The notes: generated by a model from the letters alone, not told the origin. 64,000 nt of DNA from Rhodobacter sp. (GCA_030065095.1 JASJDP010000006.1:16777-80776), one strand, 5' to 3'. Positions 1 to 10,198 are shown, counted from the stretch's first letter. Numbers and translations are program-made.

Positions 1-1
1 C

Positions 2-727
2 CTCGTCGACAAATTGCGGCCGGTCAAAAGCCCGGAAGAACAGGCGATGATGCGCCGGGCGGCGGCTGCGGGCGATGCGGGCACGCAGGCGGCGATTGCA
101 GCGATCCACGACGGGGCGAAGGAGGCCGATGTCGCCGCCGAATGCCTCGCCGCGATGACGCGCGCGGGCGGCACGCCGCCGGGGTTCGGGCCGTTCATCC
201 GCCCCGACGCACGCATCGCCGAGGAACACACGACGTGGGGCGACGGCGTCTATCGATCCGGCGAACGTGTGTTCCTCAAAATCGCCGGTTGCGTGTCGCG
301 CTACAACGCGCCGCAGGGCCGGATCGTTCATATCGGAGCGGTCCCGGATGCCGACGCAGCGATGGCGGAAATCTCGAAAGCCGCATTTCCTGCAATTCTC
401 GACGGGCTTCACCCCGGCGTTACAGCAGCAGATGTCAACCAAAGCTGGCAAAGCATCGTCGATGCCGCCGGAATGCCCCACTACCGCCGCCACCATTGCG
501 GCGATCTAGTCGGCATCGGCTTTCCACCCTCCTGGACCGGTGGCAACCGCGTCACCGGCCTGCGCCATGACAGCGATCTGGTGATCCAGGAAGGCATGAC
601 CTTCCACGCCATGTCGTGGTTCAACGAGACGGGCCGTGGCGATTACTTCGCCTCGAACACCGTGCTGCTCGGGCCGGACGGGGCCGAGGTTCTGACAAAA
701 ACACCGATGGGTCCACTCATCGCCTGA
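2..727 (+). CDS. M24-family (creatinase / Xaa-Pro peptidase / ectoine-hydrolase-like) protein, C-terminal part; 5' end outside window
   Basis: Frame is open to the window edge (LVDK precedes the TTG at 14). Pita-bread-fold motifs present: KSPEEQAMMRRAA, HHCGDLVGIGFPP, GMTFH. Usual Asp metal ligands look substituted (KIAGCVSRYNAPQGR), as in creatinase-like members. Confidence 0.75.
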   Translation, partial: LVDKLRPVKSPEEQAMMRRAAAAGDAGTQAAIAAIHDGAKEADVAAECLAAMTRAGGTPPGFGPFIRPDARIAEEHTTWGDGVYRSGERVFLKIAGCVSRYNAPQGRIVHIGAVPDADAAMAEISKAAFPAILDGLHPGVTAADVNQSWQSIVDAAGMPHYRRHHCGDLVGIGFPPSWTGGNRVTGLRHDSDLVIQEGMTFHAMSWFNETGRGDYFASNTVLLGPDGAEVLTKTPMGPLIA

Positions 728-739
728 GAAAGACAAAAC

Positions 740-2110
740 ATGCTGAGAAACGACCAACTCGACGCCTGGGACCGCGACTGCTTCTTCCACCCCTCGACAC
801 ATCTCGCCCAGCACACGCGCGGCGAGGCGCCGAACCGGATCGTGACCGGCGGACAGGGTGTCTACATCGAGGATCGTGACGGCACGCGGCTCTTGGATGC
901 TTTCGCGGGTCTCTACTGCGTAAATGTCGGCTACGGCCGCTCCGAGATTGCCAATGCCATCGCCGAACAGGCGAAAGAAATGGCCTATTACCATGCCTAT
1001 GTTGGCCACGGCACGGAAGCGTCGATCACACTGGCCAAGATGATCCTCGACCGTGCGCCTGCGGGCATGTCGAAGGTGTATTTCGGCCTTGGCGGTTCCG
1101 ACGCCAACGAGACCAACGTGAAATTGGTCTGGTACTACAACAACATCCTCGGTCGGCCCGAGAAGAAAAAGATCATCTCGCGCTGGCGCGGCTACCATGG
1201 CTCGGGCCTGATGACCGGCTCGCTGACGGGGCTGGAGCTTTTTCACAAGAAGTTCGACCTGCCGCTGGCGCAGGTCATCCACACCGAGGCGCCGTATTAT
1301 TTCCGGCGTTCCGATCCGGCCCAGTCGGAGGCGGAGTTCACCGCCCACTGCACCGCCGAACTGGAAGCACTGATCGAACGCGAAGGCGCAGACACCATCG
1401 CCGCCTTCATCGGAGAGCCGGTCTTGGGCACCGGCGGCATCGTGCCGCCGCCGGGAGGCTATTGGGACGCGATCCAGGCGTTGCTGAAGAAACACGATAT
1501 CCTGCTGATCGCCGACGAGGTGGTGACCGGCTTCGGACGGCTGGGATCCATGTTCGGCAGCGATCACTACGGCATCCGACCGGATATCATCACCATCGCC
1601 AAGGGCCTGACCTCGGCTTATGCGCCGTTGTCGGGGTCCATCGTTGGCGGCCGCGTCTGGAAGGTGCTGGAACAAGGCACGGATGAGAATGGGCCCATCG
1701 GCCATGGCTGGACCTATTCCGCCCACCCGATCGGCGCCGCAGCCGGCATCGCAAACCTGAACCTGATCGACAGCCTCGGTCTTGTAGGCAATGCGGGCGA
1801 GACCGGCACGTACTTGAACGCCGCCATGGCGGATGCGCTTGGAAGCCACTCCCATGTTGGCGAAGTGCGCGGCGAAGGGATGCTCTGCGCGGTGGAATTT
1901 GTGGCAGACAGGGAGGCGCGCCGTTTCTTCGACCCAGCGGAGAAGGTCGGCCCGCGCGTCGCCTCGGCCCTTCTGTCACGCGGCGTCATCGCCCGCGCAA
2001 TGCCGCAGGGCGATATCCTCGGCTTCGCGCCACCGCTCTGCCTGTCACGGGCAGAGGCGGATAACATCGTCGCCAAGACGTCCGAGGCGGTTAGGGAGGT
2101 GCTGGGTTAG
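740..2110 (+). CDS. class-III (omega) PLP-dependent aminotransferase
   Basis: 456-aa ORF starting 12 nt after the upstream stop. Motifs GGSDANE, LIADEVVTGFGRLG and ITIAKGLTS (Schiff-base Lys) are typical of the beta-alanine/putrescine/DABA-pyruvate transaminase group. Confidence 0.9.
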   Translation: MLRNDQLDAWDRDCFFHPSTHLAQHTRGEAPNRIVTGGQGVYIEDRDGTRLLDAFAGLYCVNVGYGRSEIANAIAEQAKEMAYYHAYVGHGTEASITLAKMILDRAPAGMSKVYFGLGGSDANETNVKLVWYYNNILGRPEKKKIISRWRGYHGSGLMTGSLTGLELFHKKFDLPLAQVIHTEAPYYFRRSDPAQSEAEFTAHCTAELEALIEREGADTIAAFIGEPVLGTGGIVPPPGGYWDAIQALLKKHDILLIADEVVTGFGRLGSMFGSDHYGIRPDIITIAKGLTSAYAPLSGSIVGGRVWKVLEQGTDENGPIGHGWTYSAHPIGAAAGIANLNLIDSLGLVGNAGETGTYLNAAMADALGSHSHVGEVRGEGMLCAVEFVADREARRFFDPAEKVGPRVASALLSRGVIARAMPQGDILGFAPPLCLSRAEADNIVAKTSEAVREVLG

Positions 2111-2168
2111 CTCCTGGGATCAAAACCACAGATTTGGTTGCCTCGAATGCCTTGGAGCTGACTAATCG

Positions 2169-2564
2169 TCAGACCGATCGACGCATCATTGCCACCAATT
2201 CGACGATTCCGGTTCCCAGAACGGTCAGAGCCACCGCCCATAACACGACATATCCATGCATGGGCAGATTGAATGGATCAACAAGCAACCAAACCAAAAC
2301 GGTACCCGCGCCAAGGATGTTGATGATAACAGCGCCAAACAAACCAAGCCCACGCCACCGATCTTCATTCCGACGCTCAATCCAAAGCGCAATGCCGATT
2401 CCCAGCAGAACCGCTCCCAAAACAGTGACGTAGAAATACGTGTCGACCTCCGGAAGTCCGAAGAACCTGATTGTCTGTCCAGGGATTGCCAGAAGGCAAA
2501 CGCCCAAGACGATGTTGATCACAGAGGCCAAGGCCAAGAGCCGCCGGCGATGCAAATCCTTCAT
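2169..2564 (-). CDS. small polytopic membrane protein, unknown function
   Basis: ORF 2169..2651. The ATG at 2564 is preceded by GAGAG; a GTG at 2651 is the alternative start. Four hydrophobic helices (e.g. YFYVTVLGAVLLGIGIALWI). Lies directly downstream of the MarR gene. Confidence 0.55.
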   Translation of the reverse strand: MKDLHRRRLLALASVINIVLGVCLLAIPGQTIRFFGLPEVDTYFYVTVLGAVLLGIGIALWIERRNEDRWRGLGLFGAVIINILGAGTVLVWLLVDPFNLPMHGYVVLWAVALTVLGTGIVELVAMMRRSV

Positions 2565-2656
2565 AACAAATTCTCTCAGGTCACGCGTCAAATGACAATA
2601 TTGCGCCAGGGCAGAGCCAACTTCGGTTGCTTTAAGAGATGACACAATCACCTGAA

Positions 2657-3175
2657 TTACGGTTTACGATCCAATGCCTGCGCGCCGGAATTCTTGGCGA
2701 TGTCGCCGAAATCGAGAACCGGCGACGCGTCAATTTCCTCGGCATCCATCATCGCAGCGACCCGCTCCAGAACCGTCACCACCATCGACTGCTCCCAGTC
2801 CCGAAGGCTCTCGAACTGTCGCATATACTTCTGCTGCAGCGGATCGGGTGCATCCCGAACGGTCGTCGCCCCGGTCTCGGTGATCATGATATTGGTTTGC
2901 CTCCGGTCGGATTCCGACCGTCGCCTCTCGACCATGTCTTTCGCAACGAGCCGGTCAATCAAAACGGTGATAGTCGCCTGGCTGACCCCCATGCGCGTCG
3001 AGATCGCCTTTGGCGTCGTCTGCCCGGTTTCGGCGACAATCTGCAGAACGCGGAATTGCACCGGCGTCAAACCGGATTCGCGTGCAAGGTCACGCCCGTA
3101 CAGCTCGGTGGCCCGCAGGATCCTGCGCAGTGCAATCAGGCTGCCGTCGGTTCGGTCCGTCCCCTCGACCTTCAT
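2657..3175 (-). CDS. MarR-family transcriptional regulator
   Basis: 172-aa ORF with a winged-HTH core (LTPVQFRVLQIVAETGQTTPKAISTRMGVSQATITVLIDRLVAKDMVERRRSESDRRQ). Confidence 0.85.
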   Translation of the reverse strand: MKVEGTDRTDGSLIALRRILRATELYGRDLARESGLTPVQFRVLQIVAETGQTTPKAISTRMGVSQATITVLIDRLVAKDMVERRRSESDRRQTNIMITETGATTVRDAPDPLQQKYMRQFESLRDWEQSMVVTVLERVAAMMDAEEIDASPVLDFGDIAKNSGAQALDRKP

Positions 3176-4610
3176 GGCGTTGCCGAACGGGACGCGACGG
3201 TCGCTCTTGCTCCGCTTTGCACCAGAGCTTCGTAGGCCGGTGTGACATCATTTTGGATGCGGCCGGCCAGGTCAGGCGCGAAGACTTCGGTCAGCGACAT
3301 CAGGTTTTCGGCTTTGCCGGACGCGTCCGTCGCCGCATCCGACAAGGCGCGGAGCCGTTCGGCCAGCGGATCTTTCACGTCGATGGTTTTGCCCTCTTCA
3401 TCGATCCCGCCCACGTATCGCATCCAGGCCGCGACGGCGAGGATCAGGCCGTTGCACGGCCGTCCCGCAGCTAGATTGTCCGAGATCGTTCCGAGGATGC
3501 GTTGCGGTAACTTCTGGCTGCCGTCCATTGCGATCTGCCAGGTTCTGTGCCGGATGGCGGCGTTAGAATAGCGGTTCAGCAAGTCGCGGGCGTATCGATC
3601 CAGATCGACGCCTTCCGGTGGCGACAGGGTGGGAATGATTTCTTGCATCCAAACCTGCTGGATGAAGTCGCGGAAGACGCTGTCATGTACCGTGTCGGCA
3701 ATCGTCTCATGCCCGGCCAGATAACCGAGATAGGCCAGCGTCGAATGGGTACCGTTGAGCATGCGGAGTTTCATGAACTCGAAACGGGCCACCTCGCGGA
3801 CCAACTAAACGCCGGGTACGGTGTCGAACCCTGGGCGAGTATTGTCGACGAAATCATCCTCGATCACCCATTGGCAAAAGGGTTCGTGAAAGACGGGGGC
3901 CTGGTCGAGATATCCGCAGCGCGCGGCCAGCCGATCTATGTCCGCGGGCGTTGTCGCGGGCACGATCCGGTCGACCATTGTCGCGGGGAACCGCCCCTCG
4001 GACGCAATCCATTCCGCCAAGTCGGGGGCGATGAGCTCGGCCAGCCCCAAGACCACGTTCCGTGCGACAGGCCCGTTGTCCGGTAGATTGTCGCAACTCA
4101 GAACCGTGAAGGGCGCGTGGCCCGCAAGCCGGCGTGCCTGCAACGCACGGACCAGATAGCCGATGGCACTGCGCGGGTGCGGGTCTTGGGTATCGTGCTG
4201 AATATCGGGATGCTGAGGGTCCAGCGCCCCGGTGCTTGGCACATGACAATAGCCCTTTTCGGTGACCGTCAGGGACACGATCCGGACGGCGGGGTCGGCC
4301 ATTTCGTTCAGCAGGATCTGCGGATCATCGGGGGCGAAGATTGCATCGCTCAGCACCTCGACGATCCGGGGTATTGTCCGCCCGGGTTCATTTGGACCGC
4401 CGTATATACATTGCTCTGCGCGGCAAGCATGTCGCGGATGCGCGGCGACCTTAGGCTGACGCCGGCAATGCCCCAATCTCCGCCTGCCGCGGCCATCGCC
4501 TCTTCGATGATCAGAGCGCCGTGCGACCGGAAGAAAGCGCCGAGCCCCAGATGGACGATACCCACTTTGGCCGGCGCGCTTCGCCGTGACAATCGCGGCA
4601 GATTTGCCAT
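3172..4610 (-). pseudogene. mannitol-dehydrogenase-family oxidoreductase (fructuronate/tagaturonate-reductase-like), disrupted by one frameshift and one in-frame TAG
   Basis: N-terminus (VHLGLGAFFRSHGALI, 4350..4610) is in one frame. The middle (IVSLTVTEKGYC ... FTVLSCDNLPDNG, 3808..~4390) is in another. An in-frame TAG at 3805..3807 is followed in the same frame by VREVARFEFMKLRMLNGTHS. The start ATG overlaps the uxaC stop (TGATG). Confidence 0.75.
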
Positions 4611-6013
4611 CAAAGACGATAAGCTTTCTTGGCCAGCCCGTAGGCCAGATCCCGGGCGACCTCGAACGCGTCACGCTCGTTCAGCCGGCCTGAGCGCACG
4701 AGCTTGGCCAGATAGGCGCAATCGACCCGCCGGGCCATGTCATGCCGCGACGGGATGGAACAAAAGGCGCGGGTGTCGTCGTTGAAGCCGACCGTGTTGT
4801 AGAACCCGGCCGTTTCGGTCGTCAGTTCCCGGAACCGCATCATCCCTTCGGGGCTGTCGAAGAACCACCAGGGTGGCCCGAGTTTCAGCGCGGGATAGAC
4901 TCCGGCCAGGGGCGCCAATTCCCGCGACAGGGTCGTTTCGTCCAGCATGAAGACGATGACGGTCAGGCGCGGATCAGTTCCGACCTCGTCCAAGAGCGGG
5001 CGGAGCGCGCGGACAAAATCCGTTCGCGTCGGTATGTCGAACCCTTTGTCACGGCCGAAGCGGGCCATCATCGACGAGGAGTGGTTGCGAAGGGATCCGG
5101 GGTGGATCTGCAGAACCAAATCGTCGTCGAGGCTCATCCGCGCCATTTCGGTCAGCATGTGACCGCGGAAGGCATCGGCCTCGTCGGCTGTGCAGGTTCC
5201 GGCCAAAGCCTTTGCGAACAGCGCTGCGGCGTCTTCCTGCGGCAGCCACTCGGTGCGTGCCGTCGGGTGGCCGTGATCCGATGAGGTCGCGCCATGCGCC
5301 TTGAAGAAGGCGCGGCGGTTGCGGTGCGCCGCGAGATACCCGGTCCACGTCGTCGTGTCCTCTTTGGACAGTTCGCCCAGTTTTGCCACGTTCTCGGCAA
5401 ACCCTTCGAACTCCGGGTCGATCACGTTGTCCGGACGATAGGCGGTGATCACGCGGCCCTGCCAGTCAGACCCTTGAATGATCTTGTGCCATTTCAGCGG
5501 GTCGACGGCGCTTTCGGTCGTGCTCAGCGCCTCTATCCCGAAACGGTCGAACAACTGGCGCGGGCGGAATTCGTCTTTGGTCAGGCAGTCTGCGATGTGG
5601 TCGTAGAACGCATCGGCGGTGCTTTCCGACAACTCGTCATCAAGGCCGAAGACGTACTCGAAGCTATGGTCGATCCACATCTTCGACGGGGTCGCGCGGA
5701 AAAGGTGATAGTTGGCCGAAAAGAGCCGCCAGATCTCGCGGCCGTCGGTTTCCGTCGGCCCGCCATCGACGCGCGGCACGCCCAGGCTTTCGAGCGGGAT
5801 GCCCTGCGAAAAGAGCATCCGGAAGACGTAGTGATCCGGCGTGACGAACAGCTGAGCCGGGTCGGGAAAGCGCTCGTTTTCAGCGAACCAACGTGGGTCG
5901 GTATGCCCGTGCGGGCTGATGATCGGCAACTCGGCAACCGTAGCGTAAATCTCACGCGCAAGTTGCCTGGCGCTGGCCTCAAGAGGAAACAACCGGTTCG
6001 GGTCGAGTGCCAT
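4610..6013 (-). CDS. uxaC: glucuronate isomerase
   Basis: 467 aa counted from the ATG at 6013 (MALDPNRLFP...). ISPHGHTDPRWF and overall length match UxaC. The 62-codon upstream extension in the ORF track is rejected. Confidence 0.9.
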   Translation of the reverse strand: MALDPNRLFPLEASARQLAREIYATVAELPIISPHGHTDPRWFAENERFPDPAQLFVTPDHYVFRMLFSQGIPLESLGVPRVDGGPTETDGREIWRLFSANYHLFRATPSKMWIDHSFEYVFGLDDELSESTADAFYDHIADCLTKDEFRPRQLFDRFGIEALSTTESAVDPLKWHKIIQGSDWQGRVITAYRPDNVIDPEFEGFAENVAKLGELSKEDTTTWTGYLAAHRNRRAFFKAHGATSSDHGHPTARTEWLPQEDAAALFAKALAGTCTADEADAFRGHMLTEMARMSLDDDLVLQIHPGSLRNHSSSMMARFGRDKGFDIPTRTDFVRALRPLLDEVGTDPRLTVIVFMLDETTLSRELAPLAGVYPALKLGPPWWFFDSPEGMMRFRELTTETAGFYNTVGFNDDTRAFCSIPSRHDMARRVDCAYLAKLVRSGRLNERDAFEVARDLAYGLAKKAYRL

Positions 6014-6066
6014 GACGTTACCTGTCTTTGACTTGGCGGCACCTTCCGGGGCCAGAAACGTTACCC

Positions 6067-6088
6067 GGGCGGGACGAAGGCCCCGCCC
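6067..6088 (-). terminator. GC-rich stem-loop between dctP-type gene and uxaC (possible terminator or attenuator)
   Basis: GGGCGGG (6067-6073) pairs with CCCGCCC (6082-6088) around an 8-nt loop. No clean U-tract follows, so the function is uncertain. Confidence 0.3.
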
Positions 6089-6104
6089 AAGTCTATTGTA
6101 AACG

Positions 6105-7088
6105 CTATTGCGTGTTCTGGACCATCTCGAGGGTTTCGGCACCGTGCTTGGCGATGAAATCCTCGTAGACTGGCCCCATGCGTTCGCGGAACGCTGCAAC
6201 GTCGGCCTCGTTGATCTCCATGCCCTTGGCTTTCAGTTCTTCGACCGCCGCAGCACCAACTTCCGCGGTCAACTGGATCTCGTAGTCCTGAAGCGCCGCG
6301 GCTTCTTCCGTCAAAACCGCCTGCTGTTCCTCGGACAGGCCGTTCCACGTGCCCATGCTGATGGCGACGATCCCCGGCGGGCGGAAATGCTGGGTCATCG
6401 AGAAATACCCGCTCACCTCGTAGAACTTGTCGTTCAGCACGTTGCCGGCGGCATTTTCGCCCCCGTCCAGCACGCCCTGTTCCAGCGCGGTGTAGAGCTC
6501 GCTGTAGGACATCGGCGTTGCCGAGCCGCCCATTGCGTTCAGCGTGTTCACCATCAGCGGGCTTTCCATGACACGGATCTTCAGGCCGTCCATGTCTTCA
6601 GGGGTGACGACCGGGCGCACCTTGTTGAAGACGTTGCGATAGCCGTTGTCGAACCAGGCCAGGATCTTCAGGCCGCGCGCTTCGGCCAGTTCGCCGTACT
6701 TGGCGCCGACCGGACCCGCGACCACGTTCTTGAAGTGATCGGTGTCGCGGATCAGATAGGGAAGGCTGAAGAGATCGAACTCGGGGATGAACCCGCTGAC
6801 CGGCGCGGTTGACACCTGCGCCATCTGAATGCTGCCCAGCATCATGCCTTCGATATAGTCGCGTTCACCGCCCAACTGCGCGCCGTCCAGAACCTCGATG
6901 TTGAGGCCGACACCCTTGGCGTTCACGCGGTCGGCAAACCAGCGCAGCGATACGTTATGGTGGTGCGACGGTCCGGTGACCGAGGCCACGCGGATGGTCG
7001 TGTCCGCGGCAAGCGCCGGTGTTGCCAAGGCTCCTAGCGACAGAATTGCCACCGTTCCGAGACCCTTCAGCATTGATCTTCTAATCAT
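6105..7088 (-). CDS. dctP: TRAP transporter substrate-binding protein (DctP family)
   Basis: 327 aa with a signal peptide (MIRRSMLKGLGTVAILSLGALATPALA). DctP-family core motifs are present and the gene is adjacent to DctQ/DctM genes. Confidence 0.9.
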   Translation of the reverse strand: MIRRSMLKGLGTVAILSLGALATPALAADTTIRVASVTGPSHHHNVSLRWFADRVNAKGVGLNIEVLDGAQLGGERDYIEGMMLGSIQMAQVSTAPVSGFIPEFDLFSLPYLIRDTDHFKNVVAGPVGAKYGELAEARGLKILAWFDNGYRNVFNKVRPVVTPEDMDGLKIRVMESPLMVNTLNAMGGSATPMSYSELYTALEQGVLDGGENAAGNVLNDKFYEVSGYFSMTQHFRPPGIVAISMGTWNGLSEEQQAVLTEEAAALQDYEIQLTAEVGAAAVEELKAKGMEINEADVAAFRERMGPVYEDFIAKHGAETLEMVQNTQ

Positions 7089-7187
7089 CGTGGTGTTCCT
7101 CCCTTAGAGAACTTTGGTTCGATGTGTTCTCCGGCATTCAGCCGGCCTTTTCTTTCGCTCGACGCGTTTGCGTTCTGCCTCTGAAAC

Positions 7188-8345
7188 TCACCGCTGCACT
7201 GCAAAATCGTCCGGTTCCGCAAGAACCAGTTTGTTGAGCGGCCGAACTCCGTCCTCGGTCACGGCAACCACGACCTCGATCCGGTAACCACCTCCGGGCA
7301 GATCGTGCAGGTCAAGTTTGACGGCGAGCGTCATGCCTGCCTCGAGCTCGAAATCGCTGTCGGAACTCAGGTTCGGCGGTTCGACCACGTCGAGGCCCAC
7401 GGCATGCCCCACCCCGCGCAAGCCCTTGGCGTAGGGGGTGAAATTGTCGGCGAATCCATGGGGTTCCAGCTCTTCCAGCAAGGTGTCGAAGATCGAGCGC
7501 GCGGTAATGCCGGGCCGAATGGTCGGAATGACCTTCTTCAACGCCTTATGGCCGACGATGAGGGCGCGTTCCTGCTCGGGATCGGCCCCCGGCATCAGGA
7601 TCGTGATGCCGCCATCGTTGCAGTAGTGCCCGATGGCGGGATTGAAATCGAGCATCACGAATTCGCCCGGCTGAATTTTGCGCTCGGTCGCGCGCCAAGC
7701 CGGATAGTTGGTGTTAGGCCCGGACATCACCACGGTGGCGGATCCGATGTCGGCATTCATCCGCCGCGCGATGCTTTCGGCGAGGCCGGCCACCTGGATT
7801 TCGGTCATGCCCACGGTGACGGCCTTCGCGGCCTCTTTCAGCACGGCGTCGTTGATCTCGGCGGCTTCCTCCATCAGCGCGATCTCTGCCTCGGACTTGA
7901 TCTTGCGCAGATCGAGCATGATGTCGTCGCGGGTCTCGATGACCGCTTCTGGCACGGCATTGACCAACTGCTCATAGATCTCGAACGGCAGGATGTTCTT
8001 GCCGATCAGGCCGATCTTGCTGGCCCGCCCGACGATCGGCGCAAACACCTGCGGGAAATCAGAATACGGGCGATGGATGCCGCGCACATCGTCGATCCAG
8101 CACATGTCTTTGGCGGCATAGGCGTTCAAGCGCCCGAGAAACACGACGGGGGCCTCATCGCCCACAATCAGCACAAGCTGCGGGGATTCTTCGATGACGT
8201 TGATCGGCTTGTAGTTCGTCACATAGGTCGAGTGACCCGACCGATACTCGTCGGAATAGATGATAAGCGCGTCGTAGCCTTCTTGCTTCATTCGGCTGCG
8301 AAGGTTCTCTGTCCTCGTTTCAAGTTCGTCACGTGTGATTTCCAC
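7188..8345 (-). CDS. M24-family metallopeptidase (Xaa-Pro dipeptidase-like)
   Basis: 385 aa with a creatinase_N-like N-domain plus a pita-bread domain (VMLDFNPAIGHYCNDGG, HAVGLDVVEPP, YRIEVVVAVTEDG). Confidence 0.85.
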   Translation of the reverse strand: MEITRDELETRTENLRSRMKQEGYDALIIYSDEYRSGHSTYVTNYKPINVIEESPQLVLIVGDEAPVVFLGRLNAYAAKDMCWIDDVRGIHRPYSDFPQVFAPIVGRASKIGLIGKNILPFEIYEQLVNAVPEAVIETRDDIMLDLRKIKSEAEIALMEEAAEINDAVLKEAAKAVTVGMTEIQVAGLAESIARRMNADIGSATVVMSGPNTNYPAWRATERKIQPGEFVMLDFNPAIGHYCNDGGITILMPGADPEQERALIVGHKALKKVIPTIRPGITARSIFDTLLEELEPHGFADNFTPYAKGLRGVGHAVGLDVVEPPNLSSDSDFELEAGMTLAVKLDLHDLPGGGYRIEVVVAVTEDGVRPLNKLVLAEPDDFAVQR

Positions 8346-8373
8346 GACGGCTTCCTTTTCCTGGCATTCGCAC

Positions 8374-9651
8374 TCAACGTCCGAAGACGTTTGGCACTGT
8401 CATGATGATTTGTGGGAAAACGGCGCAGAGCAGCAGGACGACGATCAGCACCGCGCAGAACGGCACCAGCCCGCGCATCGCCTGCGAGATCGTGATGCCG
8501 CCGATGGAGCAGGAGATGTAAGTCAGGATGCCGACCGGCGGCGTGACCGATCCGATAACCACCGACATCACCATGATCACGCCGAAGAACACGAGATCAA
8601 TGCCCAGACCCTGAATGACTGGTAGTAGCACGGGCGTGAAAATGATCAGGATCGGAATGCCTTCTATGAAGAGCCCAAGGATCAGGATGAAGAGGACGAT
8701 CAGCAGCAGCGCGATGGTCGGATTGCTGGATATACCGCTGAGGACCTCAAGGACGGCCGCACCAAACCCGGCCCAGGCCAGCAGCCAGGCAAAAGTCGTG
8801 GCCATGGCAATCAGGAACATCGCCGCTGCGGTCGTGACCGCGGCATTGACCAGAAGCTCTGCCACCAGTTTGAAAGTGAGTGTCTTGTAGACGAAGGTGC
8901 CGACAATGGCGGCATAGGCGACGGCCACCACCCCGGCTTCGGTTGCGGTGAACACGCCCGAGAATATCCCGCCGAGGATGATGATGGGCATCAGGAGCGC
9001 CAAGGCGGCCTCTTTGAAAGAGCCGAGAATTGGCGGCAGTTCGCTGCGGGGCGGGGCGGGATAGTTGCGCTTTTTGGCAATATAATAGGCCACACCCATC
9101 AGCCCCAGACCCATGGCAACCCCCGGCACGAAACCGGCCAGAAAGAGCTGCGCAATCGAGACGTTCGCAATCGACCCGTAGATGACCATCATGATGCTCG
9201 GCGGGATGATCGGACCAATGGCGCTGGAGGAGGCGTTGACGGCGACGGCATAGTCCGCGTCGAAGCCATTCTTTTTCATTGCCGGGATGATCATCGACCC
9301 AAGCGCGGACGCATCGGCGGTGGCCGAGCCCGATATTCCTGCAAAGAACATGCTGGACACGATGGAAACATGCGCCAGCCCGCCGCGAATGAACCCCACC
9401 AGCGACCTTGCGAAGGCCACGATGCGCTCGGTGATACCACAGGCGTTCATCAACTCTCCGGCGATGATGAAGAAAGGAATGGCCAGCAGCGTGAACGAGT
9501 CGACGCCCACAAAGGCGCGCGTGACGATGCTGTTGATCGGCAATGTGTCGTCAACCAGCAGAGTGGTGGCCGCCGCGATGCCAAGCGCAAAGGCAATCGG
9601 CATGTTGATCAGCAGAAGGACGAAGAAGGTCAGGAAAAGGACTGTCAGCAT
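8374..9651 (-). CDS. dctM: TRAP transporter large permease (DctM family)
   Basis: 425-aa polytopic protein starting 6 nt after the DctQ-type gene. Length and composition are typical of DctM. Confidence 0.9.
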   Translation of the reverse strand: MLTVLFLTFFVLLLINMPIAFALGIAAATTLLVDDTLPINSIVTRAFVGVDSFTLLAIPFFIIAGELMNACGITERIVAFARSLVGFIRGGLAHVSIVSSMFFAGISGSATADASALGSMIIPAMKKNGFDADYAVAVNASSSAIGPIIPPSIMMVIYGSIANVSIAQLFLAGFVPGVAMGLGLMGVAYYIAKKRNYPAPPRSELPPILGSFKEAALALLMPIIILGGIFSGVFTATEAGVVAVAYAAIVGTFVYKTLTFKLVAELLVNAAVTTAAAMFLIAMATTFAWLLAWAGFGAAVLEVLSGISSNPTIALLLIVLFILILGLFIEGIPILIIFTPVLLPVIQGLGIDLVFFGVIMVMSVVIGSVTPPVGILTYISCSIGGITISQAMRGLVPFCAVLIVVLLLCAVFPQIIMTVPNVFGR

Positions 9652-9657
9652 CGTCGA

Positions 9658-10152
9658 TCAGTCCTCGTGACTTGGGGTCAGGAACAGGTATTTGACGATC
9701 CGTTCAGCACAAATCAGGAAGATCAGCGCCATGGAAATCGGAATGGCGATGTAGATCCAGGACATCTGCACGCCCAAGGCGGGCGAACGCTGGAACATGT
9801 TCATGTTCAGCACCGGGTAGCTGGCATAGATCACCGTGGCCGCGAAAGCCGCGATGAGTGCGTAGACCAACGCGTCAACTCCACGGCGCACCGGTCTCGG
9901 CAATGTGTTGACGAGCAGGTCCACACCAAGGTGAATGCCGCGCGACAGGCCGACCGCTCCGCCCAAGAAGACAATCCAGACGAAGCAGTAGCGCGCCAGT
10001 TCTTCCGACCATGGCAGCGGCGCGGCGATCACGTAGCGGAATACGACCTGGGCAAGCGTGACGATCACCATGACGACGGAAATCGCGATGATCGAGGTCT
10101 TTGTTACCGCCAGCAATGCTCTCAGCACGAGCGAATGCGTGTTGGTCTCCAT
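9658..10152 (-). CDS. dctQ: TRAP transporter small permease (DctQ family)
   Basis: 164 aa with four TM helices. First gene of the operon, divergent from the LacI gene. Confidence 0.85.
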   Translation of the reverse strand: METNTHSLVLRALLAVTKTSIIAISVVMVIVTLAQVVFRYVIAAPLPWSEELARYCFVWIVFLGGAVGLSRGIHLGVDLLVNTLPRPVRRGVDALVYALIAAFAATVIYASYPVLNMNMFQRSPALGVQMSWIYIAIPISMALIFLICAERIVKYLFLTPSHED

Positions 10153-10198
10153 GCAGGTACCTCCCAGGGGCCCCGTCTCGGGACACCTCTACCCACTT

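Noticed and set aside
506-1855. 449-aa ORF antisense to the M24 and aminotransferase genes
   Set aside because: This is a typical high-GC shadow ORF. It is Arg/Gly/Ala/Pro-rich with no recognisable motifs, and it is fully overlapped by two genes with clear family signatures.
4610-6199. 529-aa version of uxaC starting at 6199
   Set aside because: The first 62 codons are low-complexity and overlap the dctP 3' region. The ATG at 6013 gives the canonical UxaC N-terminus and length.
2-10152. Ectoine/hydroxyectoine catabolic locus (DoeA-like M24 hydrolases, aminotransferase, TRAP transporter)
   Set aside because: The idea is tempting from the gene families, but uxaC and a LacI regulator point elsewhere. 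No diagnostic genes (doeB, eutBC, EnuR-type regulator) are recognisable, so it is not claimed.
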